From positions 186,000,001 through 186,064,000 of the forward strand of contig OX597814.1 in NCBI GenBank assembly GCA_951406725.2: a stretch of 64,000 nucleotides of DNA. The letters run 5' to 3'. The notes under the pieces were generated by a model. It was not told the origin of the DNA. It saw only the letters and a program-made list of their open reading frames with translations, and searched no databases. Of the stretch, positions 1 to 13,055 are shown piece after piece. The translations under genes were made by a program, and so were the position numbers. The first letter of the stretch is position 1. Every line of letters begins with the position of its first letter. The DNA is from Octopus vulgaris. Its lineage: Eukaryota.

Positions 1-194
1 CTCTGGTTCTGAGTACAAATGTCTTGTTTTCATAAGTTTTGAATTAAAATCTTCCACCAAACCTTAGTCACAATTTATGTTCCTAACACTAGCTGAATGA
101 TGACTAAGTTATTTTACTAAATTCTTAGTTATATTTAAAGTAATTGAAAGAAACACAGAGCATCTCAAAATAAATGCAGTAACAAAAGGCTTAA
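1..194. mobile_element. Partial piggyBac-like MITE (family E)
   Basis: Ends ...AACAAAAGGC|TTAA; similar sequence at about 2040-2260 (TTAA|CCCCTTTGATACC) and 25250-25480. Confidence 0.5.
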
Positions 195-247
195 ATAATT
201 ATACTCTGTGTCTACATATGTGAACTCAATATCATACACAGTCAAGT

Positions 248-462
248 AGGGTGCTGAACTGGCAGAATCGTTGGCACACAAAGCAAAATGTTTTGCAGCA
301 TTTATTCTGGTTTTACATTCTGAGTTCAAATTCTGCTGAGGTCACCTTCACCTTTCAACATTTTGGGGTTGAAAAATAAGTAGTAGTTGAGCACTGGGGT
401 CAATGTAATTGACTTACCCCTTTTCTACTAATTACTAACCTGGTACCAAAACTTGAAACCAA
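248..462 (+). mobile_element. SINE family B copy
   Basis: GAACTGGCAGAATCGTT head, GAGTTCAAATTC B-box-like motif; similar to about 12 other copies in the window. Confidence 0.8.
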
Positions 463-498
463 TACTATACAGAGACAAGAGCTGTAAGTTAGGAGAGT

Positions 499-818
499 TT
501 ATTTTATTTATTTATGCGCCCTTTTCAAGCCTAGTCAGGTTCATGGGCCCAGTTTCCCGGTTTCTATGGCATATGTGTTCCCCCCAGCTGGACAGGACAC
601 CAATCCATTGCAGCATTACTCAAGAAACAGGAAGAAAGAGTGAGAGAAAGTTGGGTCGAAAGAGTACAACAAGGGTCGCCACAACCCCCTGCCGGAGCCT
701 TGTGGGGCTTTAGGTGTTTTCGCTCAATAAACACACACAACGCCCAGTCTGGGAATCGAAACCACGATCCTCTGACAGCGAATCAACTGCCCTAACCACT
801 GGGCCATTGCGCCTCCAC
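499..818 (-). mobile_element. Full-length tRNA(Arg)-like SINE (OR-like) with TSD
   Basis: 13-bp TSD AAGTTAGGAGAGT at 486-498 and 819-831; minus-strand head TGGCCCAGTGG (A box) and GTTTCGATTCC (B box); A-rich tail. Confidence 0.9.
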
Positions 819-2767
819 AAGTTAGGAGAGTAGGTGAGTTAAATTCTTAGAGATTTTAGTCTCATTTCTCTACGTCTAAATTTGAATCCTATCATGAATT
901 TTTTTTTAACCATTTTTTTTGTAATATTAAGTAAAAAATGAGCTGAATGCAAACAGCTATTTAGTTTAGGAATTTACAACACAGTACTAAACAAGACTTT
1001 CATAAAATATTCTATGCTGCTTCAAAACCTACAAAAAAATGTTGGGCAGACAAATTGATATAACGAGAAAAAAAAAACAGCAAAGCGACACAGAGAGAAT
1101 AGATGTATGAGTTTAAACTTACATGCTCTATGATGTAAAGGATCTGTTCAAAATAAAGGCCAGAATAAGGAGGAATATATCTTTTATATAACAAATAATA
1201 TGCATGAGCATGCATCTGATAATTTGTCATCCTGAAGGGAAAAGTAACATAAATAATGATATTCAACCAAATAGGTAACAACTTATGTCAGTATTTTCTT
1301 ATAGCTGCAGGGATGGGTATTTATGTTGTTATTTTTCGTGTATTTTCAAACCCAAAGTATATTGATTTCAGATAATCCAAGTTAGAATTTTTTTTTTTAA
1401 ATATACAGAGGAAATTAAACAGTGTTCCCACATTTGATAAATAAATTATATCTACTTGTACCTTCAAATTACAGATTTATTGTTATTAATACTGACACAG
1501 CACCGAATACCGTTTTATTTTTTTAATTTGCTTCTGTCAAATTACAGGCAATGATGTATATGTGAATTCTTCCCCAAGCCTTCTTATGACAGTTTTTCTT
1601 TTTTAACCCTTTCCCAAGGAGGAGGATAATTTTTTAATCCTTTGTGGCATGGGTGAATATTTTTCAATAAATTTGCATTCCAGTACTGTTCTGTGGTGTG
1701 TTTACATATGACAGCCCACATTCAAAAGCAAACTGACAAATGCTTGTAGCTTTCAGGCATCAGAAGAGGCAGGGTTTCATTATCACAGATCTATGTAATA
1801 CTCTAATCTGCTACAGTTACAACAGCCACCCTTCATATCCAAGATCCATTATCTTCATTGCTTGATGAGACACCACACACACTGAAACTTTATAGTGCTG
1901 ATGGGGATGCTGTGCATTTCTCAGCATCATTATTTTTGCTGTGCAGATGATAGGGTCCAGTAGCAAGAGAGACCCAAGATGACTGATACATCCTCTCAGT
2001 ACAATTTGTTGGAAAATATCCAGTTTGTTAGAAACTACCTTAACCCCTTTGATACCAGTCCATCCAAGACCCTCCTTGCTTCGATGAATCAAACTTTTTA
2101 TATAAAGTGATTTAAATCAATGTTTCCCCATTAAAACTTCATGTTACCCATACCAGCATGGAAGGCAGATGCTAAATGATGATGATGATGAGGATTTATG
2201 TTCCAATTACCAGCTTTATAATGATATTTTAGCAAATTCTTTATTATTTTCAAAATTAATTAGGAAGAGCACCCAGCTGTAGAAACCCTGCCAAACTGGC
2301 ATTAGGAGGGGCATCTAGCCATAGAAACCATGCCAAACCAGACTAAAACTTAGTGTAGCTCTCTGGCTTACCAGTTCTAGCTAGTCAAACTGTGTAACCC
2401 ATGTCAGCTTGGAAAGTGGAAGCTAATTGACGACGATGACGACGGCGGTGGAAGCAGCGGTGGCAGCAGCGGCGGTAACAACAACAACAACGACGATAGC
2501 AGCAAATCAATGCAAATAGGTTTGACCTGCAACATAGCTACAGAGCTCTTTCAGTCTCTCTCTTAGATGTTCTCAAAAGAACTAGAGGCCCATCACACCC
2601 CAACATGGTCTTACAGTATGGCTGATTCACCTTCTCATGTATTCCTCTGGCTTGACAGCCATTAACTTTATTAATATACCATTCTAAATATGCATATTGT
2701 AATGACATGCAAGTCACAGGAATTCCATGGGAATGCATGCAATGATGCCTTCTAGTGATGCTTTGAC

Positions 2768-3130
2768 ATCGTCATCATCATCATCATCGTTTAACGTCCG
2801 CTTTACATGCTAGCATGGGTTGGACGATTTCACTGAGGACTGGTGAACCAGATGGCTGCACCAGGCCCCCAATCTGATCTGACAGAGTTTCTACAGCTGG
2901 ATGCCCTTCCTAACGCCAACCACTCCAAGAGTGTAGTGGGTGCTTTTACGTGCCACTGGCATGAGGGACAGTCAGGCGGTACTGGCAACGGCCACACTCA
3001 AATGGTGCTTTTTACATGCTACCTGCACAGGAGCCAGTCCAGCGGCACTGGCAACGACCTCGCTTGAATGTTTTTACACGTGCTACCGGCACAAGTGCCA
3101 GTAAGGCAATGCTGGTAATGATCAAGCTCG
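2768..3130 (-). mobile_element. SINE-like family C copy
   Basis: (CAT)n tail, TTTCTACAGCTGGATGCCCTTCCTAACGCCAACC motif, repeated GTGCTTTTACGTGCCAC units. Confidence 0.85.
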
Positions 3131-4325
3131 ACACTCTGACTGGTGTTGGTGTGTTTACATCCCTGCAACTTAGTGGTTCCACAAAAGAGACCAATAGAAT
3201 AAGTTCAAAGCTTAAAAAGAAAATACATACAGGGGTTATTTAGTTTGACTAAAATTCCTGAAGGCGATGCCATAGCATGACCACAGTCTAATAACTGAAA
3301 CAAGTAAAAGAGATATGCACACACATATATACACACATACACACACACATGGACACATGTAGCACTTACACAGATTACACAGAATACTCCCCAGGAATAT
3401 AGCCAATGGGATTCTGCTTTCTATTCAATGCAATTCTGTCATTTTATTTTCGAAATGTCTATTTAAACACTAGAAAGTGAAATATTACAAAAAATGCCAA
3501 TACCAAAATCTGCTTAGGATACCATTTCTAGAAATATATTCTCTTCTCGTTTATGATACAGAATTTAAAAAAAAAAAAATACCCATCTCAATCTCCAAGC
3601 AAAAAATATGCCATCATCTAAAAAAATTACTATGAAATCTACAAGCAGCGGACCATAATTTAAAATATATCTAAGTCAGGTTATTAGTTTTGGATATTGG
3701 ATGACAAATCACCAGATGCATCTAATATAAAATAACTTTAGTCAACATTTTGATCAAACCCTCTATATGACTGTGAATGTCATTCTGGGTACATGTACAT
3801 ACATTTATTCTCTCCTCGTCAATCACAAACTTATTCTCTATCACTCTCATTTTGTATTCGCTTCCTCCATCATTCCTTCACCATACCTTCATCACTTCAA
3901 GTCATTTTTAGAAGCAATATAGAGCTTCATTTAATGAGATCCCTGTTCTGTATAGTGTTGTAAATTCTCAATCTGAAGAGGCAGTTTTCATTTTATTTCA
4001 CTTCTTACATCACCTCCTTCTCCAAGTGCTATGCTTTCCAGCTTTTGCAATCATTCCAAAGTTGAAAAGGGTTACATTTAACCAAGATTCCCCACTGGCT
4101 ATTAATTCAATATAATCAGACATGACAAATGTACTAAACAGAAATAAGAAAAGCAGCTAAGAAATTGGATCTGAGAGAGTCCAAGAACTCTGAAAATTCT
4201 ACTCTATAGCTATTTGACCTTAGTGAGCATTTGAGTAATTCAATCGGGGAACCAATTTGGACTGAAAGACTTTGTAGTTGCTGGTAGTATTGGAGAGGTG
4301 TGGTGATTATTTTATTTAATTAGAT

Positions 4326-4328
4326 TTA

Positions 4329-4368
<40 letters not shown>

Positions 4369-4411
4369 CATTATTATTATTATTATCATTATTATTATTA
4401 TTATTATTATT
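4326..4411. repeat. (TTA)n microsatellite
   Basis: Read directly. Confidence 0.95.
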
Positions 4412-4679
4412 TTGGTGTGGTGATGATGATAGATATGAATTTGGGTGTATAGGCAAGAGAAAATTTACTAAATGCATGCAGTGGGGTTTATTTATTCATT
4501 TGAAGCAGATATTTCACTCTGTCATTAAATTTCCTTTTCTATGAAATCGTACAGAACAAGAGATTCCTCAAAGGAATATACATACATATATATATATATA
4601 TATAATCATTTTCACATTTGCTTTTGCTTTTCCAAGATTGCATGGGGTTGAATAAGTTCTCTTTTTAATATTGCATCTC

Positions 4680-5625
4680 ATCATTTATTATGCTCCTTTA
4701 TCATCTCTTTTGTAACATTTAACATCTTAAGATCACTTCCCTTCATTTTTGCTCACATCTCTTCTATGGTCTTCCTCTTCTACAGTTTCCTACAACTTGG
4801 ATTTGCTGACACTGCAAATCTGTTTTCATCCCTATGCACTACATGTCCATACCCTAAAACTCAGCTCATCTGTTCTACATTGTTCTCGTTCATGCACACT
4901 AACACAGAGAATCATGCTTGTTTCATTTCTCTCCAACTTTCACACATCTTCTACATTTTGTGCCCACATGGCAATAGGAAGGGCTGGCATTAGGAAGGGC
5001 ATCCAGCTGTAGAAACACTGCCAGATCAGACTGGAGCCTGGTGCAGCCTCCTGTCTTCCCAGACCCTGGTCGAACCGTGCAACCCATGCTAGCATGGAAA
5101 ACGGACGTTAAACAATGATGATGATGATGATGATCTCACTATCATGCAGTATCTCACTTCACACACAAGTAACATGCAATCTACTCTCCACTTGAAGAGA
5201 AAATTCCCCTCGTTGCCCTCATGCTCTCAGAATATCCTCTTCCACTGTTGATTAACTTTCTTAATTAACTGAAGCTATCAACATTGCCTATGTAACAGAA
5301 GATGTCAACTACTTTTACTAAGTCTTCCATGTTTTTTATATCACTACTGCTTTAATTACTCCTGTACGACAGCCACATATGAAATCTTTATTCACTACCA
5401 ATTTATCTGTTATCCCAAGACATCTCTTGTGCATCCATAGTTCACATCATGTACATTGTATGGAGTTCTTATCAATTCCTTTTCTGCATACCCAGCAGAC
5501 ATTTCCTCAATGGCCATAAGAGACCTGTCTTTTCACTAAAAAAAAAGCCTTGATCTTCATTAAATTTACCCTGAGGATTATCAATTCGAGGTTTTCCTTC
5601 CATGCCTGGAATTTCTTCTCAAAGT
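4680..5625 (-). mobile_element. Degenerate RTE-clade LINE fragment, interrupted by a family C tail at about 4985-5133
   Basis: Minus-strand translation gives FEKKFQAWKENLELIILRVNLMKIK and GNCRRGRP; many stops and frameshifts. Confidence 0.7.
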
Positions 5626-5654
5626 CATTCACAGATTCTATTTTGACTCTTTAG

Positions 5655-5860
5655 CTGGAGAAGGACATCATGCTCAGAATGGTCAGTGGCAAGAGAGGAA
5701 GAGGCTGACCAAGAATCCGCTGGCTTGACACCATCAAGAATGACATGGGAATGGACATAGCCAATCTGAAAGAAGCGACCCAGGATAGAACTAGCTGGAG
5801 GACACTGATCCATCGAGTAACCGAGAGTCAACTTTGACTGAGCAGATAGATAGATAGATC
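5655..5860 (+). mobile_element. 3' end of a BovB-like RTE LINE
   Basis: Translates LEKDIMLRMVSGKRGRG*PRIRWLDTIKNDMGMDIANLKEATQDRTSWRTLIHRVTES, typical BovB/RTE C-terminus; (AGAT)n tail. Confidence 0.85.
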
Positions 5861-5869
5861 CAGTCTAGT

Positions 5870-6060
5870 CATATCTTCCCTGTTTTATGTGCAAACTGAC
5901 CGGATCAGGTCTCTTACACCCACCCAACAATGTCATTCAAATAATAAACAATCACATCATCAAAATCTCAAAGCTATGAGATAATGTATTATTAATTCAA
6001 AACAATATGAACAAATAAAGTATTACAATTGACAGAGTGATCTGAATGCTAAAGAGTTAA
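5870..6060. mobile_element. Partial piggyBac-like MITE (family D)
   Basis: Ends TGAATGCTAAAGAG|TTAA; matches 28626-28845 and 42297-42517. Confidence 0.75.
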
Positions 6061-6571
6061 GGACTAGATGATAAGCATATAGGGGTTCCCAAGAACATTT
6101 GAGCTTAGCTCTTTTGTTTCAGCCTAAAGAGCTACAACAAAAAGGAGGGAGCTGAGAAGTGAACCTTATTGAGCACCTACCTGTATATTAAATCCTTCAC
6201 TGAACTCATTGTCACTCCTCACTTTGATGATTCCATAGCTGTACATGGCTTACACTACTCTCTCAAACCATCCATCTACATCTAGTGTTTTTAAAGACCA
6301 CCAGCTATTCAGTCAAAGGTTGCCACTATCTGTAGCTGGTGGTCAAATACTAAGTAGAGAGTTTTATTCTAAGCTAAAAATCTTTTTTTTGCAATTGTCT
6401 CACTATATTAAAAAAAACTTAAGTAGTTCTACAGCTTGGCACAAATCCAAATTAAACCTCATCTAAGCTGATTCTCTTCCCAATCAATTACTCCATTGCT
6501 TTATAAAAATCTGTCTTGTTCCCTATCAACAATTTTATTATTAGAACAATTTTTATATTATTAACCCCTCT

Positions 6572-6790
6572 AAGGTGGCAAGCTGGCGGAATCATTAGCC
6601 CAGTGAGCAAAATGCTTAGTGGCATTTCATCCGTCTTTGCATCTCGAGTTCAAACTCCACAAGGTTGACTTTGCCTTTCATCCTTTCAAGGTTGATAAAA
6701 TAAGTACCAGTCAGGTACTGGGGTCAATGTAACTAACTTACACCCCTCCCCCCAAATTACTGGCTTCATGCCAAAATTTGAAACCAATAT
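6572..6790 (+). mobile_element. SINE family B copy
   Basis: AAGGTGGCAAGCTGGCGGAATC head; GACTTTGCCTTTCATCCTTT core. Confidence 0.85.
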
Positions 6791-7449
6791 TATCAATCCT
6801 TCTTTCCTCTCTTTCTCAAGCTGACATTCCATTTCAGAGTGTTGTAGTTTGCTTGAAGCAATATGAAGAAACTAAAAGAGAGAAAATAGAAAGCTTCTGA
6901 CAATGCGGTGGACATTTCCCAGACTGTTTTTCTTCTGAAGATGGGACTTTGCACCTGAAATATAAAGGTTTATAAAGCTAACTGCATTGTTAGAAGCCTT
7001 TTATTTCTTCTTTTACCTACTCTATTTCAGAGATTTTTCTATTTAGTGGATCCTTGGTTTGTCATTTTTTATGCTTTTTTTTTATTTTGCTTTTTGTTGT
7101 ACTGTAGCTACAACACCCATGTACACAAAATCAACAGCAATCAACAACAAACTTGTGACCATAAAAAGTAATGCCAACTACAAAAATAAAATAACATTAC
7201 TAACACAAACAGAAATAGGAGAAAGTTAAGAAAGATATAACAACAATAAGAAGAATTATAAAAACAAACAAGACCAAATGAGACCAACTTTGTCTCTCTG
7301 CTTTTCATCCTTTGGTGGGTCGATAAATTGCCTGTCATCCTTTTGGGGGGGGGTCGATAATTTAAGTACCATTTAAATACTGGAGTCAATGTGATCGACC
7401 AGCCATCTCTCCTCAAATTCCAGCCCTTGTGCCTGTAGTAGAAAGGACT

Positions 7450-8370
7450 GTTATTGCTATTATTATTGTTGTTGTTCTTGCTGTTGTTTTTCCTTCTTTC
7501 TTCAAATTTTCTTCCATTTCTCACCGAGTGTTTTCTGTACACATAGGGCAGAGAAGCTCATTGTATGCATTCCCAGATTACACACAAAAATTCACAGGTA
7601 AAATATGTATTTTAAAAAAATTAATAAATAAATAAATTCATGAATGGATATTGTTTTCACAACAATAATGCTCTTCTCAGTACATGAGTTGTTGCAATTA
7701 ACATGATTTTTTGCACTTCCTGTAGGGATGGTAAGCCTGATATCATTTGCTACATTTTTTCAATTTTTATGAGCAAGTCTTTATATTTACCGATCTTGTC
7801 AAATTCTTTCACTGCTATATTGTGATCGCAAGGAATACTCATGACAATTAATAAACACACCTTTTTTGTCTGATCTTTTATAATAATATCCGGTTTATTA
7901 GCTTTTATAGTTTTGTTGGTATGTACGGGGAAGTCCCATAGAATCGACACATTTTCTCCCTCAGTCACAGCTTCAGGATGGTGTTTATACCATTTGTCAG
8001 TGGTTTTGATTTAATAATGATGACATATTATTACGTTTATATATTTGTTTTGCAAGATTTTTGATGTGAAATCATGTGTTGAAACAGATATTGTTGTAAT
8101 CATGTAATCAAAATAAGATTAAAATTAATGTAAAAAGTAAATAACGCTGATGACATATTGTCCAGTGTAAACACTGGCTGACTCTGTCATGTCTTGTTTT
8201 ATATTCTACAGGTGCTAAGACTCTACACCCTGAGATTAGGTGGTTTATAGTTTCGATATCATCATTACAAAATCAGCATTTTGGGTCAGCTCCATTTTTT
8301 ATCACATTGGCTTGGTAGTTCCGGGTTAATAAACTTTGTTCTTGAGCAGCTAATATGAAACCTTCGCTCT
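7450..8370 (-). mobile_element. 3' fragment of an R4/Dong-clade non-LTR retrotransposon (CCHC knuckle, restriction-like endonuclease, 3' UTR)
   Basis: Minus strand SEGFILAAQEQSLLTRNYQ...KC*FCNDDIETINHLISGC...RHDRV and ILWDFPVHTNKTIKANKPDIII...KEFDKIGKYKDL; (AAC/AAT)n tail; interrupted at 8030-8147. Confidence 0.9.
8030..8147. mobile_element. 118-bp insertion with 12-bp TSD inside the Dong/R4 fragment
   Basis: TGATGACATATT at 8018-8029 and 8148-8159; similar to the reverse complement of 25950-26010. Confidence 0.7.
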
Positions 8371-8414
8371 TCTTCTTCTTCTTCACCACCACCACCATCA
8401 TCGTCATCATTAAG

Positions 8415-8830
8415 AAGGCAGTGAGCTGGAAGAATCATTAGCAGCATTTTGTCCATCTACACATTTTGAGTTCAAATTCCACTGAGGTCGACTTTGCCCT
8501 TCATCTTTTCAGGGTCAAAAAATAAGTACTAGTTAAGTGCTGGGCTCAATGCAGTCAACTGAACCCCTCCCCAAAATTGCTAGCCTTGAGCCAAAATTTG
8601 AAATGATTATTATTAAGGCAACAAGCTTGCAGAATCATTAGCAAACCAGACAAATGCTTAGCTGTATTTTGTAGGTCTTTATGTTTTGAGTACAAATTCA
8701 ATCAAAAGTGACTTTACCTTTCATCCTTCTTGGGGTCAATAAAACAGGTATCAGTTCAAAACTGGAATTGTTGTAATTGACTGGCCCCACTCCCTGACAA
8801 TTTCAGACCTTGTGCCTATAGCAAAAAGGA
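8415..8830 (+). mobile_element. Two tandem SINE family B copies
   Basis: Two heads (AAGGCAGTGAGCTGG and AAGGCAACAAGCTTGCAG), each followed by the CTTTCATC core. Confidence 0.8.
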
Positions 8831-8844
8831 TTATTATTAAGAAT

Positions 8845-9290
8845 CAAAATCGCTGATGTGGTCAATGACAGTACCGCCTGATTGGCACTTATGCCAGTGG
8901 AACGTTAAAAGCACCATCCAAGTGTGATCATTGCCAAGGCTGCTGACTAGTTCTCAGGCTGGTGGCATGTAAAAAGCACCATTCGAGTGTGATCATTGCC
9001 AGTGTCACCTTACTGGTACATGTGCTGGTAACACGTGAAAAACAACATTCGAGTGTGGTCATTGCCAGTGCTACCAGACTGGGTCCCATGCAGGTGGCAT
9101 GTAAAAGCACCCATGACACTCTCAGAGTGGTTGGCGTTAGGAAGGGCATCCAGCTGTAGAAACTTTGCCAGATGAGATTGGAGCCTGGTGCAGCCTTCTG
9201 GTTCACTAGTCCTCAGTCAAACTGTCCAACCCATGCCAGCATGGAAAGCGGACGTTAAACAATGACGATGATGATGATGATGATGGTGGA
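8845..9290 (+). mobile_element. SINE-like family C copy with 4 internal units
   Basis: Repeated GTGGCA(C/T)GTAAAAGCACC-like units, AGGAAGGGCATCCAGCTGTAGAAAC, (GAT)n tail. Confidence 0.85.
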
Positions 9291-9477
9291 TAGCAGTATG
9301 GTTAGAGTATTAACAGAGTTGTTAGTGCTGGACAAAGTGCTTGGTGGTGTTCAGTTACATCCTCTGCATTCTGATTTTAAATTCCACCAAATCTTAGTTT
9401 TACTTTTCTGGCATTTTATGTTTGATAAAATAATTCTTCCATAACTGATGAAAACAAATTCCAGTCAAGGGCAAAAA

Positions 9478-9825
9478 CCCTCTTCAATCATGAATGACCA
9501 TGAGATTGCACCAAGACAGCTACCCTCCAAGGCACAAGTCTGAGCAAGATTGTTTATGGAAGACCAGCAGTCATCCAAGCATACCAATCACCCAGCAGTT
9601 ACCCAAGCATACCAGCCTCCCCTCTCCACACTACCAATGTTATCCAAGGGAAAGGCAAAAGCCAATACAGCTTGGAACCAGTGACATCACAACACATTTT
9701 TACAGCTGAATGAACTGGAGTGATTTGAAATAAAGTGATTTGCTCATGAACACAACACACAGTCTGGTCCAGGAAACAAACTCAGTACCTCATGATTGAG
9801 AGTCTGAAGCTCTAACAACTGACCA
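9478..9825 (-). mobile_element. tRNA-derived OR-like SINE, long-tail subfamily
   Basis: Reverse-complement match to 34654-34988. Confidence 0.8.
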
Positions 9826-9837
9826 ATTCGTCTAAAT

Positions 9838-10505
9838 CAATGGTTCTCAACCAATTTTTACCCAGGGACCCCTTTAATCCCTATTTTATTCAGATGTGCC
9901 CTCATAGTCATTTGATGTTTAAAAACTCCTATCATATTTTTATAATTAAATATTATACTCTTTACTCTTTTATTATTTTACTCTTTTACTCGTGTCAGTC
10001 ATTTGACAGTGGCCATGCTGGAGCACCGCCTTTAGACAAGCAAATCGACCCCAAGACTTATTCTTTGTAAGCCTAGTACTTATTTTATCAGTCTGTTTTG
10101 CCAAACCACTAAGTTACGGGGACGTAAATACACCAGCATTGGTTGTCAAGCAGTGTTGGGGGGACAAGCACAGACACACAAACATATACACACACACATA
10201 CATAATATACAACAGGCTTCTTTCAGTTTCCGTCTACCAAATCCACTAACAAGGCTTTGGTCGGCCCACCGCTATAGTAGAAGACACTTCTCCAAGGTGC
10301 CACACAGTGGGATTGAACCCAAAACCATGTGGTTGGTAAGCAAGCTACTAACCACACAGCCACTAGAATTATATTTCAAAAAATTGTTAGATATTTAGTA
10401 TACTGTAGAAGTATTTGATGTAATGTAGAATTTATTATACATAAATTAACAAAAAAAATTATGTGGACCTTCAAGAATCATACAAACCCCAGTTCAGAAC
10501 ATTTG
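9838..10505. mobile_element. hAT-like MITE interrupted by a family A SINE
   Basis: TIR-like ends CAATGGTTCTCAAC and GTTCAGAACATTTG; related end at 55040-55129 followed by ATCTAGGC (NTCTAGAN-like target). Confidence 0.6.
9958..10364 (-). mobile_element. SINE family A copy
   Basis: Minus-strand head GTGGCTGTGTGG and GGTTCAATCCC, internal (TG/TA)n tract, tail GCTCCAGCATGGCCACTGTCAAATGACTGA. Confidence 0.9.
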
Positions 10506-11899
10506 ATCAAAAACTTAGCATCAAAATATATCAATCAAGTATTGAATATTCATCTAAATGTACCCAGTAAAATGTGTAGCTTTGGACCAGAAATTAAAAA
10601 ACCCTTATTGTTGTATTTATTTTTTTAGCCCCAGCTCAACTCTGATAAAGCAGGCCTTTACTACAAAGCCAGTCAAGCAACTAGATGTGATCAATACACG
10701 AATCTTTTGTCCCAAACTCATTATGCCTTTGTCTCATGAGGGATTGACTGCTCTGTAAATTCCAATATTTGATGATTTATTATTACAGCGTGCAGTAGGA
10801 AATGATTTTTCCACCACCATAATCTATTGTCCAGTATGATTTTTTTTTTGTGTGTGTGTGTGTGTGTGTGTGTTAGTTGTTACTGTTTAGCACCAGATCA
10901 ACCATGATTGAGTAGACCTATGAACAAAACCATCCTAACCATGACCACCTTGTCTTTTTAGCGGTATCCAAGATTATCAAAAATCTGTTGAGTTGTATTG
11001 AGGGGTATTTGACTGCTATTTCTACCAGGCCAAGCAACTACATAGGGATTCTTTCATTGGCTTCAGTGTATGTCAGTAGGTTCTGATGGTGACTGCAGCA
11101 GACATGGGTAAGGTAGACTTTACCAGATTATGACAGTACATCACTACTTACCAGCCAAGGATAGTGTTTGATTTATTGATATTTTGCTGGTTCATGTGTG
11201 TGTGCGTGCATGCACGTGCACATGCATGCACACATGCTTATGTATTTATCTGGACTGAGTAAGAGAAATAGCATTTTGTGGGCATTGTTGTAGTAGCTAG
11301 TGTTTTGAGGGTGTTATACATGTGTCTGGATGTTTGCAAAGCTCTTGTATCTATAGTAGCATTCTAGAATATCATAGATGAGTCTTGATATTTCAGAGTG
11401 ATTGTGAATGTAAATAGTAGGAACTGTGAGAGTTGAGAACTGCAACAACAAAACATTTTCCTCTTTTCATGCTCAAATGGTTTTTTACTTCAAATATTTT
11501 ATTTCACCATTCAGGTGAGTGAATTTTTTTAAATGAAATTTTGTATTCAACCAACGATTTTTTTTTTTGCTATGTACACCATTGATTGCTGTTATTGAGA
11601 AGTCAAATAACAGTATACTTTTGTGAGTATAATATATCACACTTTTACATGCAGTGGACAGGGTTTGAGACATTTCAGCACAGCTGTTTTGATGCCACTT
11701 GTTTGTCATCACTGATTCAATGTTGATTGATCTAACATCAAACATTTTAATGTATCTCTCTCTCTCTCTCTCTGTCTTCCTCCCCTTCCCCTATTTCTCT
11801 ATTTATGGGTGTGAGTATATTTCATTTTATGTGTATAAGGAGAGAGGAAGTATGTCACTGAAATAACAGTGAAGTTACTTTCTCAAGTCATGCAGACTC

Positions 11900-12118
11900 T
11901 TGAGGGCCATTTTCCTGTTTTCATAGTGTATAAATTCCCAACCTGGACAAGACACCGTTCCGTTGCAGGATTACTCATTTTTGCCAGCTGAGTGGACCAC
12001 AGCAATGTGAAACGAAGAGTTTTGCTCATGAACACAATGTATTGCCAGTGCAGGAATCGAAACCACAATCTTAAGATTAGGAGACCAATACCCTGACCAC
12101 TAAGCCACACACCTCCAC
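11900..12118 (-). mobile_element. tRNA-derived OR-like SINE
   Basis: Minus-strand head TGGCTTAGTGG and GTTTCGATTCC; CORE-like GAGCAAAACTCTT...CCACTCAGCTGGCAAAAATG. Confidence 0.8.
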
Positions 12119-12166
12119 AAAGTACATCCATCATGTACAATGAATCAACTGTAATGTCTCACTCTT

Positions 12167-12203
<37 letters not shown>

Positions 12204-12463
12204 TTTCATACGTGCATATGTGTTTGTCTCCAGCACCAAAATGTGCTGTTGCCAAATCAGGTTAAATATCGAGTCAACAATGTCAAATTACCTGTGTCCA
12301 AACAACTGTACCAATCATCACATTCCAGTAGTGATTTATTATCATGTCAACTTTACCTTTCTTTCATCCTTCCTGAGGTGGTAAAATGTGCAGCATGCCT
12401 AAGTCAACATTACCTTTCAACCTCTTTTGGAAGTAACAAAATAAAGTATTGCCCAAGGGTTGT

Positions 12464-12770
12464 CTCCTCTTAGATCATCCTACCAGGGCTTTGCTCTCAT
12501 TCGACACAGCAGCTGTGAGCTGGAAGAGGTCCCATGGCAGGCCCCATACCAGATGGCTGGATATGATTGGGAAAGATCTCCAGAGGCTCAACATCACCAT
12601 AGAGGATGCAGAGATGCTGGCACAAGACTGCCAGTGATGAAAAGCACTAGTGGATCTGATCAGAAATGCTTGAAGATGTCTCTGGAACCGTTAATCTGGG
12701 ATGACCCCTAACCCCATCAAGCAAGAGCAAGCAAGAGCAAGCAAGAGCAAGCAAGAGCAAGCAAGCAGCT
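12464..12770 (+). mobile_element. 5'-truncated RTE-group LINE with TSD
   Basis: DHPTRALLSF...WKRSHGRPHTRWLDMIGKDLQRLNIT; (GCAAGAGCAA)n tail; TSD CAAGGGTTGT at 12454-12463 and 12771-12780. Confidence 0.85.
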
Positions 12771-12825
12771 CAAGGGTTGTAGATTGACAGAATTGTTCGA
12801 ATTGTTAGATTGGCAGAATTGTTAG

Positions 12826-13055
12826 GCGGTGAGCTGGCAGAAACGTGAGCATGCCGGGCAAAATGCTTAGCAGTATTTCGTCTGCAGTTACGTTCTGAGT
12901 TCAAATTACGTCGAGGTTGACTTTGCCTTTCATCCTTTCAGGGTCAATAAATTAATTACCAGTTACGTACTGGGGTCGATGTAATCGACTTATCCCCTTT
13001 GTCTGTCCTTGTTTGTCCCCTGTATGTTTAGCCCCTTGTGGGCAATAAAGAAATA
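12826..13055 (+). mobile_element. Full-length SINE family B with TSD
   Basis: TSD AGAATTGTTAG on both sides. Confidence 0.9.
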
